The notes below the pieces were generated by a model. It ran no database searches and was not told the origin of the DNA. It was given only the letters and a program-made list of their open reading frames with translations. From the IMG/VR virus record IMGVR_UViG_3300020045_005223, positions 1 to 26,521 of that record: a DNA stretch of 26,521 bases; one strand, 5' to 3'. Each line of letters starts with the position of its first letter. Position 1 is the stretch's first letter. Positions 16,005-25,743 of this stretch are shown piece after piece. The DNA comes from a virus (lineage: Duplodnaviria; Caudoviricetes). The position numbers were made by a program, and so were the translations under genes.

Positions 16005-16033
16005 GTTTGTTGTAATAAATAGCTATCTTTGCA
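16002..16033 (+). promoter_or_regulatory. Bacteroidota-type promoter for the chaperone, tape measure and baseplate genes
   Basis: TTTG at 16002-16005, 18-nt spacer, TATCTTTG at 16024-16031. 20-nt identity with 1144-1163. Confidence 0.7.
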
Positions 16034-16066
16034 CTATAATGTTTCATATTTAATATAAGCACAACA

Positions 16067-16831
16067 ATGAGTTACAAATTTAATCTAATTAGCGGGGTTG
16101 AGTGCGAAGTAGGGCACTTAGAGGGTATTCATCAGCGTATGCTTACTCAACAACTCAAAGGGGAAGCCCACAACGACCGTCTTAATAAAATCCTAGTGGA
16201 TATTATCAAGCGAGTAGGCAACATCACAGTTATCACTAAGGAGTTTGTAGAGAGTATGCTAACTACCGACCGCCGTATGTGTCTAGTGATGGCACGACAA
16301 TACACCTATGACTTTGCCCCCGTCTTCATGTTTAAGTACAAGTATAACAGCGTGATTGACGACAGCTCTAAGGAAATGGAATACGAAATACCATTGAATG
16401 AAGATGGTACTTTCCCAATTACCTACATGGCTAAGTCCTACACAGACTACGCAGACATTGAACGTACACGCACTATCCACTTACCTAAGCTAGAAAAGGA
16501 AGTTACATTTAGCATCCTAGACGGTATCGGGGAGAAAATAGGTAGTAGCACCAAAAAGGAAAATCTATCGTCACACACACCCTTAGAGATGCGTAGAGTG
16601 ACCTACAAGCATGAGAACGGTACACCTATCAGAGTGAACTTTGATAGAATCCACATGAAGGACTTAGAAGTACTTCGTACAGCTATCAAAGCAGAAGAGG
16701 GCGCAATAGATACCGAAATTCGTATCAAACACCCCGAATGGGAAACAGGGCAAGTAAGCGCAGATAAAGAATTTATTACCATTGACCTTTTAGGTACAAT
16801 AGCGTTTTTTTTCCCTTCGGGGGCAATCTAA
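16067..16831 (+). CDS. Tail assembly chaperone (G-type, short form)
   Basis: Lies between tube and tape measure and ends ...AFFFPSGAI* across a T8 tract. Confidence 0.7.
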   Translation: MSYKFNLISGVECEVGHLEGIHQRMLTQQLKGEAHNDRLNKILVDIIKRVGNITVITKEFVESMLTTDRRMCLVMARQYTYDFAPVFMFKYKYNSVIDDSSKEMEYEIPLNEDGTFPITYMAKSYTDYADIERTRTIHLPKLEKEVTFSILDGIGEKIGSSTKKENLSSHTPLEMRRVTYKHENGTPIRVNFDRIHMKDLEVLRTAIKAEEGAIDTEIRIKHPEWETGQVSADKEFITIDLLGTIAFFFPSGAI

Positions 16832-16989
16832 TAGAGTTATGGGTAGATACGGTGTACGCAGGTATGACTTCATTAACCCTAACAGACTTAGAGAGATTGA
16901 CCCCACAAGAAATAGAGATTATGTGCAAGCGGCTTGAGGTACTAAATGCCCAAAAGCAAGCCGCCTATAATTCACAAGTTAAAAAGTAG
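16067..16989 (+). CDS. Tail assembly chaperone long form (GT-type) via -1 ribosomal frameshift, about 307 aa
   Basis: Slippery T-TTT-TTC at 16807-16813. The -1 frame reads PFGGNLIELWVDTVYAGMTSLTLTDLERLTPQEIEIMCKRLEVLNAQKQAAYNSQVKK* and stops 4 nt before the tape-measure ATG. Confidence 0.75.
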
Positions 16990-16993
16990 CACT

Positions 16994-19429
16994 ATGTTAG
17001 GTAGCTTTTCAAATAATGGTTTAGGGTTTGGAGTTGCGTTCCGTCTTGAAGATGAATTTTCAAGAACGGCACAGCAAATAGAAGCCTCTATGCAACGACT
17101 TGGGGGCTATACTGACCAACTGCAAGAACGTGTGCAGGGTGCTATGAATCAAATGAAATTAGGTGTAGGGCTACTAGCTGTAGGAGTTGGTAGCCTTGCA
17201 CCCTTTTTCAAAGGTGCTCAAATACAATCAGAGTTTGAGCAAGCAGAGATAGGGCTAACGACCTTATTAGGTAGCGCCGAGCGAGCTAAGGAAGTTTTTG
17301 CAGAGATTAAAGCACAGGCAGCCGCTACACCTTTTGAAACACAGGACTTACTCTTAGCTAACCAAGCTATTATATCACAGGGTATTGAGGCTAACAAGTC
17401 TATGGCAGTAGTTCAGAACTTAGGCAATGCTTTATCCGCAATGGGTAAGGGTAGTGCAGAGTTATCAGCTATGGCGGTGAACTTACAACAAATTGCGGCT
17501 ACTGGTAAGGCTAGTGCCTTAGACATGAAGCAATTTGCGTACAGAGGTATTAATATGTGGGCGTTAGTGGCAGAATCTACTGGTAAGTCCGTAGAGGAGT
17601 TACAAAAAGCAGACGTGACCTTTGAAATGATTAGCGCAGCCCTAGCTAAGGCGAGCGGTGAGGGGGGTAAGTATGCGGGTGCTATGGAACGTATGTCACA
17701 ATCGGTAGCGGGTAAAATCTCTACCATGCGTGATAACATTAGCTTTACTCTAGCAGGACTAGGTAAGGCTATTGAACCTATTACCCACGCTATTGTAGGG
17801 GGTGTAATTACCTTAATGGAATCCTTGCAAGTCTTTGCTCAAAGCCCAATAGGGCAATTTGTGTTTAGACTAGCCTTTGCTTTTGGCTTACTAGCTACCG
17901 CTATTGGGGTAGTATTGATAGTAGGCGGGGCTATGAAGCTATTAATGTTCAAACTAGCAGAATCATTCACAGGTCAAATCAGAGTAACCTTACTTCAAAC
18001 TATGGCTAACGGTGGTCTAGCGGCTTCGTTTAGTGCCTTAGCTAGTGCGGTTTGGGCTACTATTGCCCCTATGTTACCCATGATAGCAGCAGTCGCAGCA
18101 GTAGCAGCCGCTATCTATGGTATGTACTGGCTTGTTACACGCTCTACACAGGCTTTTAATGAGTTAGACATGACATTAGCTAACCCGACAGGGTTTAAGG
18201 GCTTCATGGCTAAACTAGGGGGCTTTTTACAAGTTATTAAAGAGGTTTGGAATACATGGAACGGCTTAACCTTTACCTTATCAGTAGAAACTGAAGAACG
18301 CTTAAAGAAATTGGGTATCTATGAGACCGCCCTAGCTATTGCAACATGGGTAGTCCGTATAAAAGAGTTTTTCGGTGGTGTGTGGGAAGGTATGAAGGAA
18401 GCGGGTAAGGCGGTGATGGGTGTAATAAGTAGCGTGTTTAGTGCTATTTCATCAGTAGTAAATTCAGCCTTTGACATGATAGGCATAAGTGTAAACAAAA
18501 ACACAAGTGCTATCAAGGATTGGGCGTTTTATGGTAAGGTAGCGGGTTACATTATCATTGGGGTAATAGCAGCTTTAACCGTTGCTATGGCAGCCTTCGC
18601 AGTAGCGCAGATTATAGCCTTCGCCCCTATCCTATTGACCTTCGCAGCAGTCGCAGCGGCAGCCTTCATACTATACGAAGCCTTCTTAGCTATTCGTTGG
18701 GCGGTGATGTATGTGTATAATGCGTTTAAACCATTCTTTAACATCTTGTTCGCAGTCACTAAGCTAGTAGCGGGTATCTTATTCGATGTACTGAAAGGTA
18801 TTTGGGTAGTGCTTAAAGGCATTGGTACAGTTGTTAGAGATGTGGTTGTAATGGCCTTTAAAGCGTGGTGGTTTGTAATGCAACCGATAGTTACCCTAAT
18901 CCAATGGTTAGCTACTACCTTATGGGATAATCTCAAACCTGTCTTTGAATGGGTGGGTGCCGCAATTACGGATTACATAGTACCTGTCTTTCAACTCATG
19001 GGTAGTGTCATGGACGCAGTAGTTCACACCATAACAGCGGTCTTTGATTGGGCTTATGACAAAATTATGACTGTCATAGGTTGGATTAAAGACGCTTGGG
19101 ATTGGGTGAAAGGCGTAGGAGAAAGCATAGCCAATACCGCTAGCGATGCGTGGGGTAGTGTAACAGGCGGAGGACTTGTAGAAGTCATACGCAGACAGCA
19201 GTTAGAGTTACAAGGTAATGTAACCACTAACGCCCCTACACTAGGCATGACTTATTCACAAAACACAGGTGAGCAACAAGGCGCAATGCAAAACGCCTTA
19301 AACCAAACTATAACCAATACTAGTACGGTACAGAATCAAGCCCCAATAGTTACCCAGCTCTACATAGACGGAGATAAGGTAGCAGAGAGTGTGAACAACC
19401 GTAACGCAGTAACAGACAGCCGCAATTAA
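16994..19429 (+). CDS. Tape measure protein, 811 aa (start revised to ATG 16994)
   Basis: Ala/Gly-rich. N-terminal tape-measure domain (AAATPFETQDL), hydrophobic segments, roughly 11-residue W/F periodicity. Confidence 0.9.
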   Translation: MLGSFSNNGLGFGVAFRLEDEFSRTAQQIEASMQRLGGYTDQLQERVQGAMNQMKLGVGLLAVGVGSLAPFFKGAQIQSEFEQAEIGLTTLLGSAERAKEVFAEIKAQAAATPFETQDLLLANQAIISQGIEANKSMAVVQNLGNALSAMGKGSAELSAMAVNLQQIAATGKASALDMKQFAYRGINMWALVAESTGKSVEELQKADVTFEMISAALAKASGEGGKYAGAMERMSQSVAGKISTMRDNISFTLAGLGKAIEPITHAIVGGVITLMESLQVFAQSPIGQFVFRLAFAFGLLATAIGVVLIVGGAMKLLMFKLAESFTGQIRVTLLQTMANGGLAASFSALASAVWATIAPMLPMIAAVAAVAAAIYGMYWLVTRSTQAFNELDMTLANPTGFKGFMAKLGGFLQVIKEVWNTWNGLTFTLSVETEERLKKLGIYETALAIATWVVRIKEFFGGVWEGMKEAGKAVMGVISSVFSAISSVVNSAFDMIGISVNKNTSAIKDWAFYGKVAGYIIIGVIAALTVAMAAFAVAQIIAFAPILLTFAAVAAAAFILYEAFLAIRWAVMYVYNAFKPFFNILFAVTKLVAGILFDVLKGIWVVLKGIGTVVRDVVVMAFKAWWFVMQPIVTLIQWLATTLWDNLKPVFEWVGAAITDYIVPVFQLMGSVMDAVVHTITAVFDWAYDKIMTVIGWIKDAWDWVKGVGESIANTASDAWGSVTGGGLVEVIRRQQLELQGNVTTNAPTLGMTYSQNTGEQQGAMQNALNQTITNTSTVQNQAPIVTQLYIDGDKVAESVNNRNAVTDSRN

Positions 19430-19884
19430 TGACAACGACCAACGGACAACTATACATAGTCAATCTTACTACCCTAGAAAAGTTAGAAATACAATTCGTA
19501 CCTAACGAGGTGGTAATAGACCGAAGTGCTAATATGCCCGAAGTGGTAATTATCGGGAGAGATACCCCTAACTACCAATGGTCAAGTGGCAGACAGAGCC
19601 TAACACTAAACCTTGACTTTCTAGCCAATGATGAAAATAGATTAGATGTCAAGGCTAAAGTAGAGTGGTTGATGGGCTTAACCCGCAGACCTGCAAACAA
19701 TAGAAAAGCCCCTAACGTAAAATTAGTTTGGGGTGATTTATTCAAGGACGAGGTTTGGGTAGTGCCTAGTGTGAAACCTAGATACTCTAATTTCAACAAG
19801 GTCTATAACTTCTTACCCCAACAAGCGTATGTAGATATAACCTTCAACCTAGAATTACAAGACACCCCTAAAACTTATCTATAA
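19429..19884 (+). CDS. Tail tube initiator / baseplate hub subunit (CIS-tube or P2 gpU-like)
   Basis: QFVPNEV...YQWSSG..SLTLNLDF...PNVKLVWG...QAYVDITF, directly after the tape measure. Confidence 0.7.
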   Translation: MTTTNGQLYIVNLTTLEKLEIQFVPNEVVIDRSANMPEVVIIGRDTPNYQWSSGRQSLTLNLDFLANDENRLDVKAKVEWLMGLTRRPANNRKAPNVKLVWGDLFKDEVWVVPSVKPRYSNFNKVYNFLPQQAYVDITFNLELQDTPKTYL

Positions 19885-20204
19885 TGGCATTAGAGCTAAG
19901 ACAAAACAATTTGTTTGTGAATGGTGCTACGGTATCTTTCGACAATGGTGAGGGGCTACTACTTAGAGAACAACTCTCTATACCCCCACACCCTAAGGAC
20001 ATTTACCACACAGTAGTTGAGGGGGATAGACTAGACTTAATCGCCTGGCACTACTACGAAGAGACAATAGCGGATAGTTCTAAATACTGGTGGGTAATTG
20101 CAGACCGTAACCCTACCCTAATTATCAACCCGCTAGACTTAACCCCACTTATCGGTACTGAAATAATCATACCCCCAATAGAAGAAGTACAAAACCTATT
20201 ATGA
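19884..20204 (+). CDS. LysM-domain baseplate protein (P2 gpX / T4 gp53-like)
   Basis: HTVVEGDRLDLIAWHYY...WWVIADRN...IIIP. Confidence 0.8.
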   Translation: MALELRQNNLFVNGATVSFDNGEGLLLREQLSIPPHPKDIYHTVVEGDRLDLIAWHYYEETIADSSKYWWVIADRNPTLIINPLDLTPLIGTEIIIPPIEEVQNLL

Positions 20205-21391
20205 AGACACCACAACTAATAGTCAAGCTAGGAGATACAGACATATCCTCATACATTGAATCTTTCAAGTACGAGGACTGTTTAGCTCAAGACGATATGG
20301 TTGAGTTCAAAATCACGCCCCGCTTTGCTAAGTACTTCGATGAAGATATTGAACTGGTCAAGGGAAAAGTAATTACCTTTCAGTTTGGGTATGTTGGTTT
20401 AGAATTATCTAAGGTACACCAAGCACGTATTACTGACGTGGACTTCAAGTATGACGCAACAGTAGGCATAAGTGTGAGAGCCTTAGACATGGGTACGGTG
20501 ATGAAAAAGACTTCATCTACTAAGGTATGGTCTAACAAAACCACTAAGCAGATAGTGACAGAGGTAGCCGCCCTATATAACATGACAGCGGAGTGTGATA
20601 AAGAGGGTACAACATGGGAGAGTGAACCGCAGGGCAACCTATCAGATTATGAGTTTTTACAGCAGTTAGTACTTCGTGAGGACAACTGTCTAATATACAT
20701 CAAGAACAATGTTATTTACTTCAAAGAGAAAGGGCTTGATAAGAAAGCTAGTTACCTGTTTACTTATGGCGATGGTAACACGGTTATATCCTTCTCCCCA
20801 AAATCAGCAGAGAGTACAGCCTCAAAAGAGGGAATTAGTAATAAGATAGTGGGGATAGATGGGCTTACTAAGCAAACAGTTACGGAAAAATCAGATCGCG
20901 GGGAGGGAACTACTCTAAACGGCTTTGTAGCTGTTTATGACGAAAACGCAAACCGTTCACTACAACAAGCCCCCGCAGTCATTGACAAAGCTAAATTAGA
21001 ACAAGATAGCACGGGGGCGGTTGGTGGTGTTGGTAGTAACTTAGTGATGCCTACCGATGGCGCTAATAGTGCCTTAGCCAAAAACAACACTAAGAAACAA
21101 GACCAAGATAAGGCTAACCTCAAAATAGAGGGTATGCCTTTTATCACAGTCAATGAAGTGCTAACTATGGCGGGGGTGTTCAAACGTCATGCGGGTAACT
21201 GGTACATTGAGAAAGTAACACACACCATTGACGGAAGTGGTTACTTAAACAACATTGAGCTAACACGCAACGGGTCTAAGGTGGGAGCTGTAAAAGCCCT
21301 ACAACCAAACAAGACAGTAGGTAGTGACCCGAAAGACCAAAACACAACTGTTACAATCAAAGCCTATAACGCTAACGCCGAAATACTATGA
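20201..21391 (+). CDS. Baseplate hub protein (P2 gpD / Mu gp44-like)
   Basis: Q.NLSDYEFLQQL and GNWYIEKVTHTIDGSGY motifs. ATGA overlap with the previous gene. Confidence 0.8.
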   Translation: MKTPQLIVKLGDTDISSYIESFKYEDCLAQDDMVEFKITPRFAKYFDEDIELVKGKVITFQFGYVGLELSKVHQARITDVDFKYDATVGISVRALDMGTVMKKTSSTKVWSNKTTKQIVTEVAALYNMTAECDKEGTTWESEPQGNLSDYEFLQQLVLREDNCLIYIKNNVIYFKEKGLDKKASYLFTYGDGNTVISFSPKSAESTASKEGISNKIVGIDGLTKQTVTEKSDRGEGTTLNGFVAVYDENANRSLQQAPAVIDKAKLEQDSTGAVGGVGSNLVMPTDGANSALAKNNTKKQDQDKANLKIEGMPFITVNEVLTMAGVFKRHAGNWYIEKVTHTIDGSGYLNNIELTRNGSKVGAVKALQPNKTVGSDPKDQNTTVTIKAYNANAEIL

Positions 21392-22098
21392 GTATAGAAA
21401 CACAACTTAGACAGATGTTACAACGTTGGGGCTTAGAATACTTCAACAAGTACTATTCGACATATAGGGGCTTTATCGCAGACAATAACGACCCAAAACA
21501 ACTAGGGCGGGTTAAACTAAGAATCCCCGCTATCTATGGTGATAGTGTGCATGAGTATTGGGCTTACCCCGTGGGGATGTTCGCAGGGCATAAGATAGGG
21601 CTATTCGCCACACCCGAAGAGGGGAATATGGTTTGGGTACGCTTCGAGAACGGGAATCCTAAATATCCTTTATGGGAATACGGTAACTACGGTGAGAACG
21701 ACCTACCCGACAGAGCAAAGCGCAATTACCCTAAGACAACGGTACTGGTAGATAAAGCAGGGAATACAATAACCCTAGACGCTGTAAACAAGCTTATAGA
21801 ACTCATTTCCGCAGCTGGTACAGCTATTGAGATTAAAGATAATCAAATTAATCTAGGGTCATTAGGCAGTGCGGCAGAGCCTATACTATTGGGAGATACA
21901 ACCGTCACGAAATTAGAGCAGATATGTGACTTAATCAGTAACCTTTGTACTAACATCGCAGCCATAACCGTACTAACACCGTTAGGGCCTTCGACACCCC
22001 CTATTAATGCACCCGCTTTTGTTGCTTTAAAAACGCAAGTAGAAACCCTAAAAGCCACTCTAAACGCCACCAAAAGCCAAATAGTAAGAACCGACTAG
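21388..22098 (+). CDS. Baseplate spike protein (gpV / gp5 OB-fold)
   Basis: YRG.I.DNNDPKQLGRVKLRIP...P..G..VWVRFENGNPKYPLW. Confidence 0.85.
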   Translation: MSIETQLRQMLQRWGLEYFNKYYSTYRGFIADNNDPKQLGRVKLRIPAIYGDSVHEYWAYPVGMFAGHKIGLFATPEEGNMVWVRFENGNPKYPLWEYGNYGENDLPDRAKRNYPKTTVLVDKAGNTITLDAVNKLIELISAAGTAIEIKDNQINLGSLGSAAEPILLGDTTVTKLEQICDLISNLCTNIAAITVLTPLGPSTPPINAPAFVALKTQVETLKATLNATKSQIVRTD

Positions 22099-22100
22099 CT

Positions 22101-22547
22101 ATGATGAACCTAGAAGCCCTAAAAACAGCCCTTACAGACATATTTACGAATTACCCTAGTACTACACTAGAAACGGCGGAAAGATGGTCACAGGCGGTAA
22201 ATAGTTATGCAGCAAGCGTAGTTCCTGTAAGTACTACAAGCATAGCAGCGGCAGAAGCGTTTAAAGTGGTAATGTTGGGTATGAGAGCAGAGGCTATGAA
22301 TGGTGTACCGATATTCAAAGCCGCCTTTCTCCAATACGCTAAAATACTAGGGGCAGGAATGACACCCGCAGGGTTTACAGGCACACCACCCCCTACACCC
22401 ATACTAATAGAGGGTGTAGTACCGTTGGGTTTAGCGGGTGCGCCTAAGGAAGCAATTATAGCGGCTTGGGTAACGTTGATAGATTCTTATTTCAAAACAG
22501 GGATAGCCGTTAATGTAGCTACTGGCGTTCCTATAACATGGACTTAG
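22101..22547 (+). CDS. Hypothetical baseplate-region protein
   Basis: 148 aa, Ala/Pro-rich, between the spike and gp25-like genes. Confidence 0.55.
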   Translation: MMNLEALKTALTDIFTNYPSTTLETAERWSQAVNSYAASVVPVSTTSIAAAEAFKVVMLGMRAEAMNGVPIFKAAFLQYAKILGAGMTPAGFTGTPPPTPILIEGVVPLGLAGAPKEAIIAAWVTLIDSYFKTGIAVNVATGVPITWT

Positions 22548-22550
22548 ACA

Positions 22551-22922
22551 ATGGCAGAAAATAAATGGGGTGTGGCTATTGCTAGACCTATACGCATAGC
22601 AAGTGGCAGACCCGCACTAACAGTAGAGGAAGAGGTTATCTTACAAGCAGTTACAGACATTATCCTTACACCAATAGGCACTAGATTAATGTTGCCTTCG
22701 TATGGTAGCAATGTCAGTAACGTTTTGTTTGAGCCTAACAGCCCTGTAACCGCTTCGTTAGTAAGACAATATGTCAAAGAAGCGTTGGACACTTGGGAAA
22801 AAAGGGCTACCTTTGTAGATGTAACGATAGAGCAGGAAGACACTGCAATGTTGTTAGTCGTGACTATTCAAATCAATAACACAGGGGCGGTAATTGAGCT
22901 ACCTATAAAAGTACTTATATAA
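22551..22922 (+). CDS. Baseplate wedge / sheath initiator (gp25 / gpW-like)
   Basis: ILTPIGTRLMLPSYGS...LFEP...ALDTWEKR. Confidence 0.85.
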   Translation: MAENKWGVAIARPIRIASGRPALTVEEEVILQAVTDIILTPIGTRLMLPSYGSNVSNVLFEPNSPVTASLVRQYVKEALDTWEKRATFVDVTIEQEDTAMLLVVTIQINNTGAVIELPIKVLI

Positions 22923-24574
22923 TGCAGAATCAATGGATTAGTTATTTTGATAGAACTTATCAGCAGATTAAGTTAGCTATACTTAGCCGTGTGGCTACCC
23001 TAGTTCCCGAAATGACAGACCTTAATGAAAGTAACATCTTCATTAAGATGTCTTCTATTTGGGCGGGGCTTATTGAGATGCTTGGGTATTACGTAGATAA
23101 CGCCGCTAGGGAGTGCCACTTGCAAGCATGTCGTTTGTATGAATCGGGGATAAGAATAGCCTATAAAGAAGACTATCGTGTGAAAGGATATAGAGCGAGT
23201 ACCGCCCTAGTCCTTTTTACTATTGATACCAACACCCCAACCGACATACTAATCCCTACTGGCACGATTGTAAAGACTGCCGCTAACCGCTTTTTTCGCA
23301 CTACCTCCGATGCAACTATCCTAACTGGTACAGATAGGACTTATGTAGATGTAGAGCAAATCACAGAAGTAGTTACTGGCTATGTGTTAGGCGCTATTGA
23401 CGGTACCGACAATCAACGTTTTACCTTACCCGATAAAGACATTACGGATTACTCAATAGACTTGACCGTAGGGGGTACTTCGTGGACACAACAAGAAACA
23501 CTGGGGTATTCTGCCCCAACTGACAGACACTTTCGTCAATCGGTTGATAAGGACAAGAACTTATACATAGAGTTAGGCGATGGTATCAATGGCCGTCTAG
23601 GTACAATAGGGCAAAGTGTTGAATGTAGCTTTAAGCGTTGTGATGGTGCAGACGGTAACGTACTGGAAGAAACTATCACGACTGTAGTGTCTAGCATCAC
23701 TTTACCGAGTGGTGTTTCTACCCTCACAGTAAGAAACCCTAATGCCGCTAGTGGTGGGGCATTTACTGAAACCTTAGAAGAGCTTAAATACAGAATACCG
23801 AGAGCAGTACGCACACTACTTAGAGCGGTAACACCTACGGACTACAAAGACCTGGCGGAATTAGCCAATGGTGTAAGCCGTTCACTTGTTGAGTTCTCAT
23901 GTGGTAAGACAGTTGTTATCTACATAGTTCCCGAAGGCGGGGGCATAGCTACGGACGTACTTTGCGCTAGCGTTGAGGGCTATTTTGATAACAAGAAAAT
24001 GATTACCACTAAGGTAGTTGTGTTGCCCGCAGGGGAAGTACGCTTACAGCTTACTATCAACATTAGAGTGCGTCATGGGTACAACTCTACTACTGTCTTA
24101 GTCGCTGTAAAAGCAGCCTTAGCAGACTTCGTATCTTACCGCTACCAAGTGATTAGTGGTAAGGTAAATCTATCGGACTTGTACGAAGTGATTGAAGGGG
24201 TAGAGGGTGTAAACTTCTCCGAAATTACAGCTATTGTCATAGTGCCTTATGCACGTCCTATCGTGGGTACAACAACCCCGCTAGATTGGACACGTACAAC
24301 ACCCACAACAAGCGTAGGTACTCACTACTGGCGTATTTTGATGCTTAGTCCTACTTCGTTTCAGTTATTTAAGGACAACAACTACGTAGGTACTTATAGT
24401 ACTTCTACCCTAGTAGCCTTAGATGAGATAGAGTTTACCCTTAACCCTATCGGCTACACCGCAGGTGAGCAATGGACTTTTGTAACCTACCCCTATAACA
24501 ATGGCACTTTAACCCTATCAGAGCCTAGCCTACCTATTACGCTAGTGTCTGACATAACCACTAACTTAATATGA
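22922..24574 (+). CDS. Baseplate wedge protein (gpJ / gp47 / gp6-like)
   Basis: GDGING, NPNAASGGAFTETLEELKYRIP and RAVTPTDY motifs. Confidence 0.85.
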   Translation: MQNQWISYFDRTYQQIKLAILSRVATLVPEMTDLNESNIFIKMSSIWAGLIEMLGYYVDNAARECHLQACRLYESGIRIAYKEDYRVKGYRASTALVLFTIDTNTPTDILIPTGTIVKTAANRFFRTTSDATILTGTDRTYVDVEQITEVVTGYVLGAIDGTDNQRFTLPDKDITDYSIDLTVGGTSWTQQETLGYSAPTDRHFRQSVDKDKNLYIELGDGINGRLGTIGQSVECSFKRCDGADGNVLEETITTVVSSITLPSGVSTLTVRNPNAASGGAFTETLEELKYRIPRAVRTLLRAVTPTDYKDLAELANGVSRSLVEFSCGKTVVIYIVPEGGGIATDVLCASVEGYFDNKKMITTKVVVLPAGEVRLQLTINIRVRHGYNSTTVLVAVKAALADFVSYRYQVISGKVNLSDLYEVIEGVEGVNFSEITAIVIVPYARPIVGTTTPLDWTRTTPTTSVGTHYWRILMLSPTSFQLFKDNNYVGTYSTSTLVALDEIEFTLNPIGYTAGEQWTFVTYPYNNGTLTLSEPSLPITLVSDITTNLI

Positions 24575-25170
24575 ATTTAGTACCCTATATATTCTCTTTG
24601 TTTGGGTACGAAAAGTATTACGACCCTAACAAGGATGTGGACGATAAAGGCACACACGAGCGGTATCAAGAAGCCTTAGTAGCAGAGTATGACTACTATG
24701 TTAAGCCTTTGATTGATAACATCTTTCGAGATGTGTGTGAGCCTACAAGTGCTTTACCTCAATACCTATACATGATGGAAGCCGATAGTGGTAACAGTGC
24801 TTTGTACCCTAGCAACATTCTAGCATATAGGCAAGCAGTTGAACACCATATTAAACGCTACTGGAAGTTGAAAGGTACTAAGCGTTTCTTAGAAGTCACT
24901 ATGCAGATGATAGGGTTTAATGTGACCCTAAACGAGATACATGATGAATTTGGCTTTGATAGCCCCGTAACATTTGATGATGCAAAGAGGCGTTGGGATA
25001 TGACTTGCCCTAGTTGTACGGAGTATGAGATTAGCATTGCGAGAAATAGCGGATTAACGACACCCCTAAGCCCCGAAGAACTGGCGGGGGTATTATCAAT
25101 AGTAACCGTAAACAACCCAATTAACGCTATCATGCTAGGTATATGGTTTGATGGTTCTCAAATAATCTAA
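24571..25170 (+). CDS. Baseplate wedge protein (P2 gpI-like)
   Basis: YWKLKGTKRFLE...GF motif, follows the gpJ-like gene. Confidence 0.7.
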   Translation: MNLVPYIFSLFGYEKYYDPNKDVDDKGTHERYQEALVAEYDYYVKPLIDNIFRDVCEPTSALPQYLYMMEADSGNSALYPSNILAYRQAVEHHIKRYWKLKGTKRFLEVTMQMIGFNVTLNEIHDEFGFDSPVTFDDAKRRWDMTCPSCTEYEISIARNSGLTTPLSPEELAGVLSIVTVNNPINAIMLGIWFDGSQII

Positions 25171-25176
25171 ACACTT

Positions 25177-25737
25177 ATGTACAAGTACCTAATTAAACTA
25201 CTTACACCCCTGTACTTATTAGAGTATGGGGATTTTAAAATCAAGCTTGAAGCCTCTTTTATGGTTGCTATGGTAGTAGCCCCCCTAACTTGGCTTTGCA
25301 ATATGCTAGCAGCTTTATGGCTTGGGTATGCCCCAATATTCACGCAGGACTTAGAGTTTGTTCGTGTTTTGGCTTTGTGCCTATTCCTTGACCTGCTTAT
25401 GGGTATATGGAAACACCTTAAACTACACACCTTTGACTTCAAAGAGTGCTATACTGGTTTTCTCACTAAGGTGTTTATCTCTATGGTTGGTATGCTGTTA
25501 TTCAATGCTTTAAGTAGCATTAATGAGTTAGAACAGCTACCTACTGTCAATGGGTACTTACTCTTAGTAGGCAAAATTATGAATACGGTGTATGTAGGGG
25601 GTAGTGCCTTATCCTCAATGTATGTCGTATCAGGTAGCAAGTTCCCGCCTGTAGCTTTTATGAAACGCCTTAAAAAATTCAATAACACGCTTAACGTCAA
25701 TGACTTAGTTAGTGACGGCGAAGCAAATAAAAAGTAA
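25177..25737 (+). CDS. Putative holin (Phage_holin_4_1-like)
   Basis: Three to four hydrophobic segments, LDLLMGIWK...GFLTK pattern, S..S.....G...P segment and basic C-terminus. Confidence 0.6.
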   Translation: MYKYLIKLLTPLYLLEYGDFKIKLEASFMVAMVVAPLTWLCNMLAALWLGYAPIFTQDLEFVRVLALCLFLDLLMGIWKHLKLHTFDFKECYTGFLTKVFISMVGMLLFNALSSINELEQLPTVNGYLLLVGKIMNTVYVGGSALSSMYVVSGSKFPPVAFMKRLKKFNNTLNVNDLVSDGEANKK

Positions 25738-25743
25738 TACACT

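Noticed and set aside
16946-16993. Upstream start for the tape measure protein given in the ORF track
   Set aside because: It overlaps the frameshifted chaperone tail. ATG 16994 follows that stop by 4 nt and fits better.
13219-25170. Extracellular contractile injection system or tailocin
   Set aside because: The tail resembles CIS components, but portal, protease, capsid and neck genes are present, so this is a phage.
714-25742. All minus-strand ORFs in the track (e.g. 7956-8522, 18547-18936, 6870-7274) and the alternate-frame plus ORF 15092-15280
   Set aside because: They lie over well-supported + strand genes, have no recognisable motifs and look like shadow ORFs.
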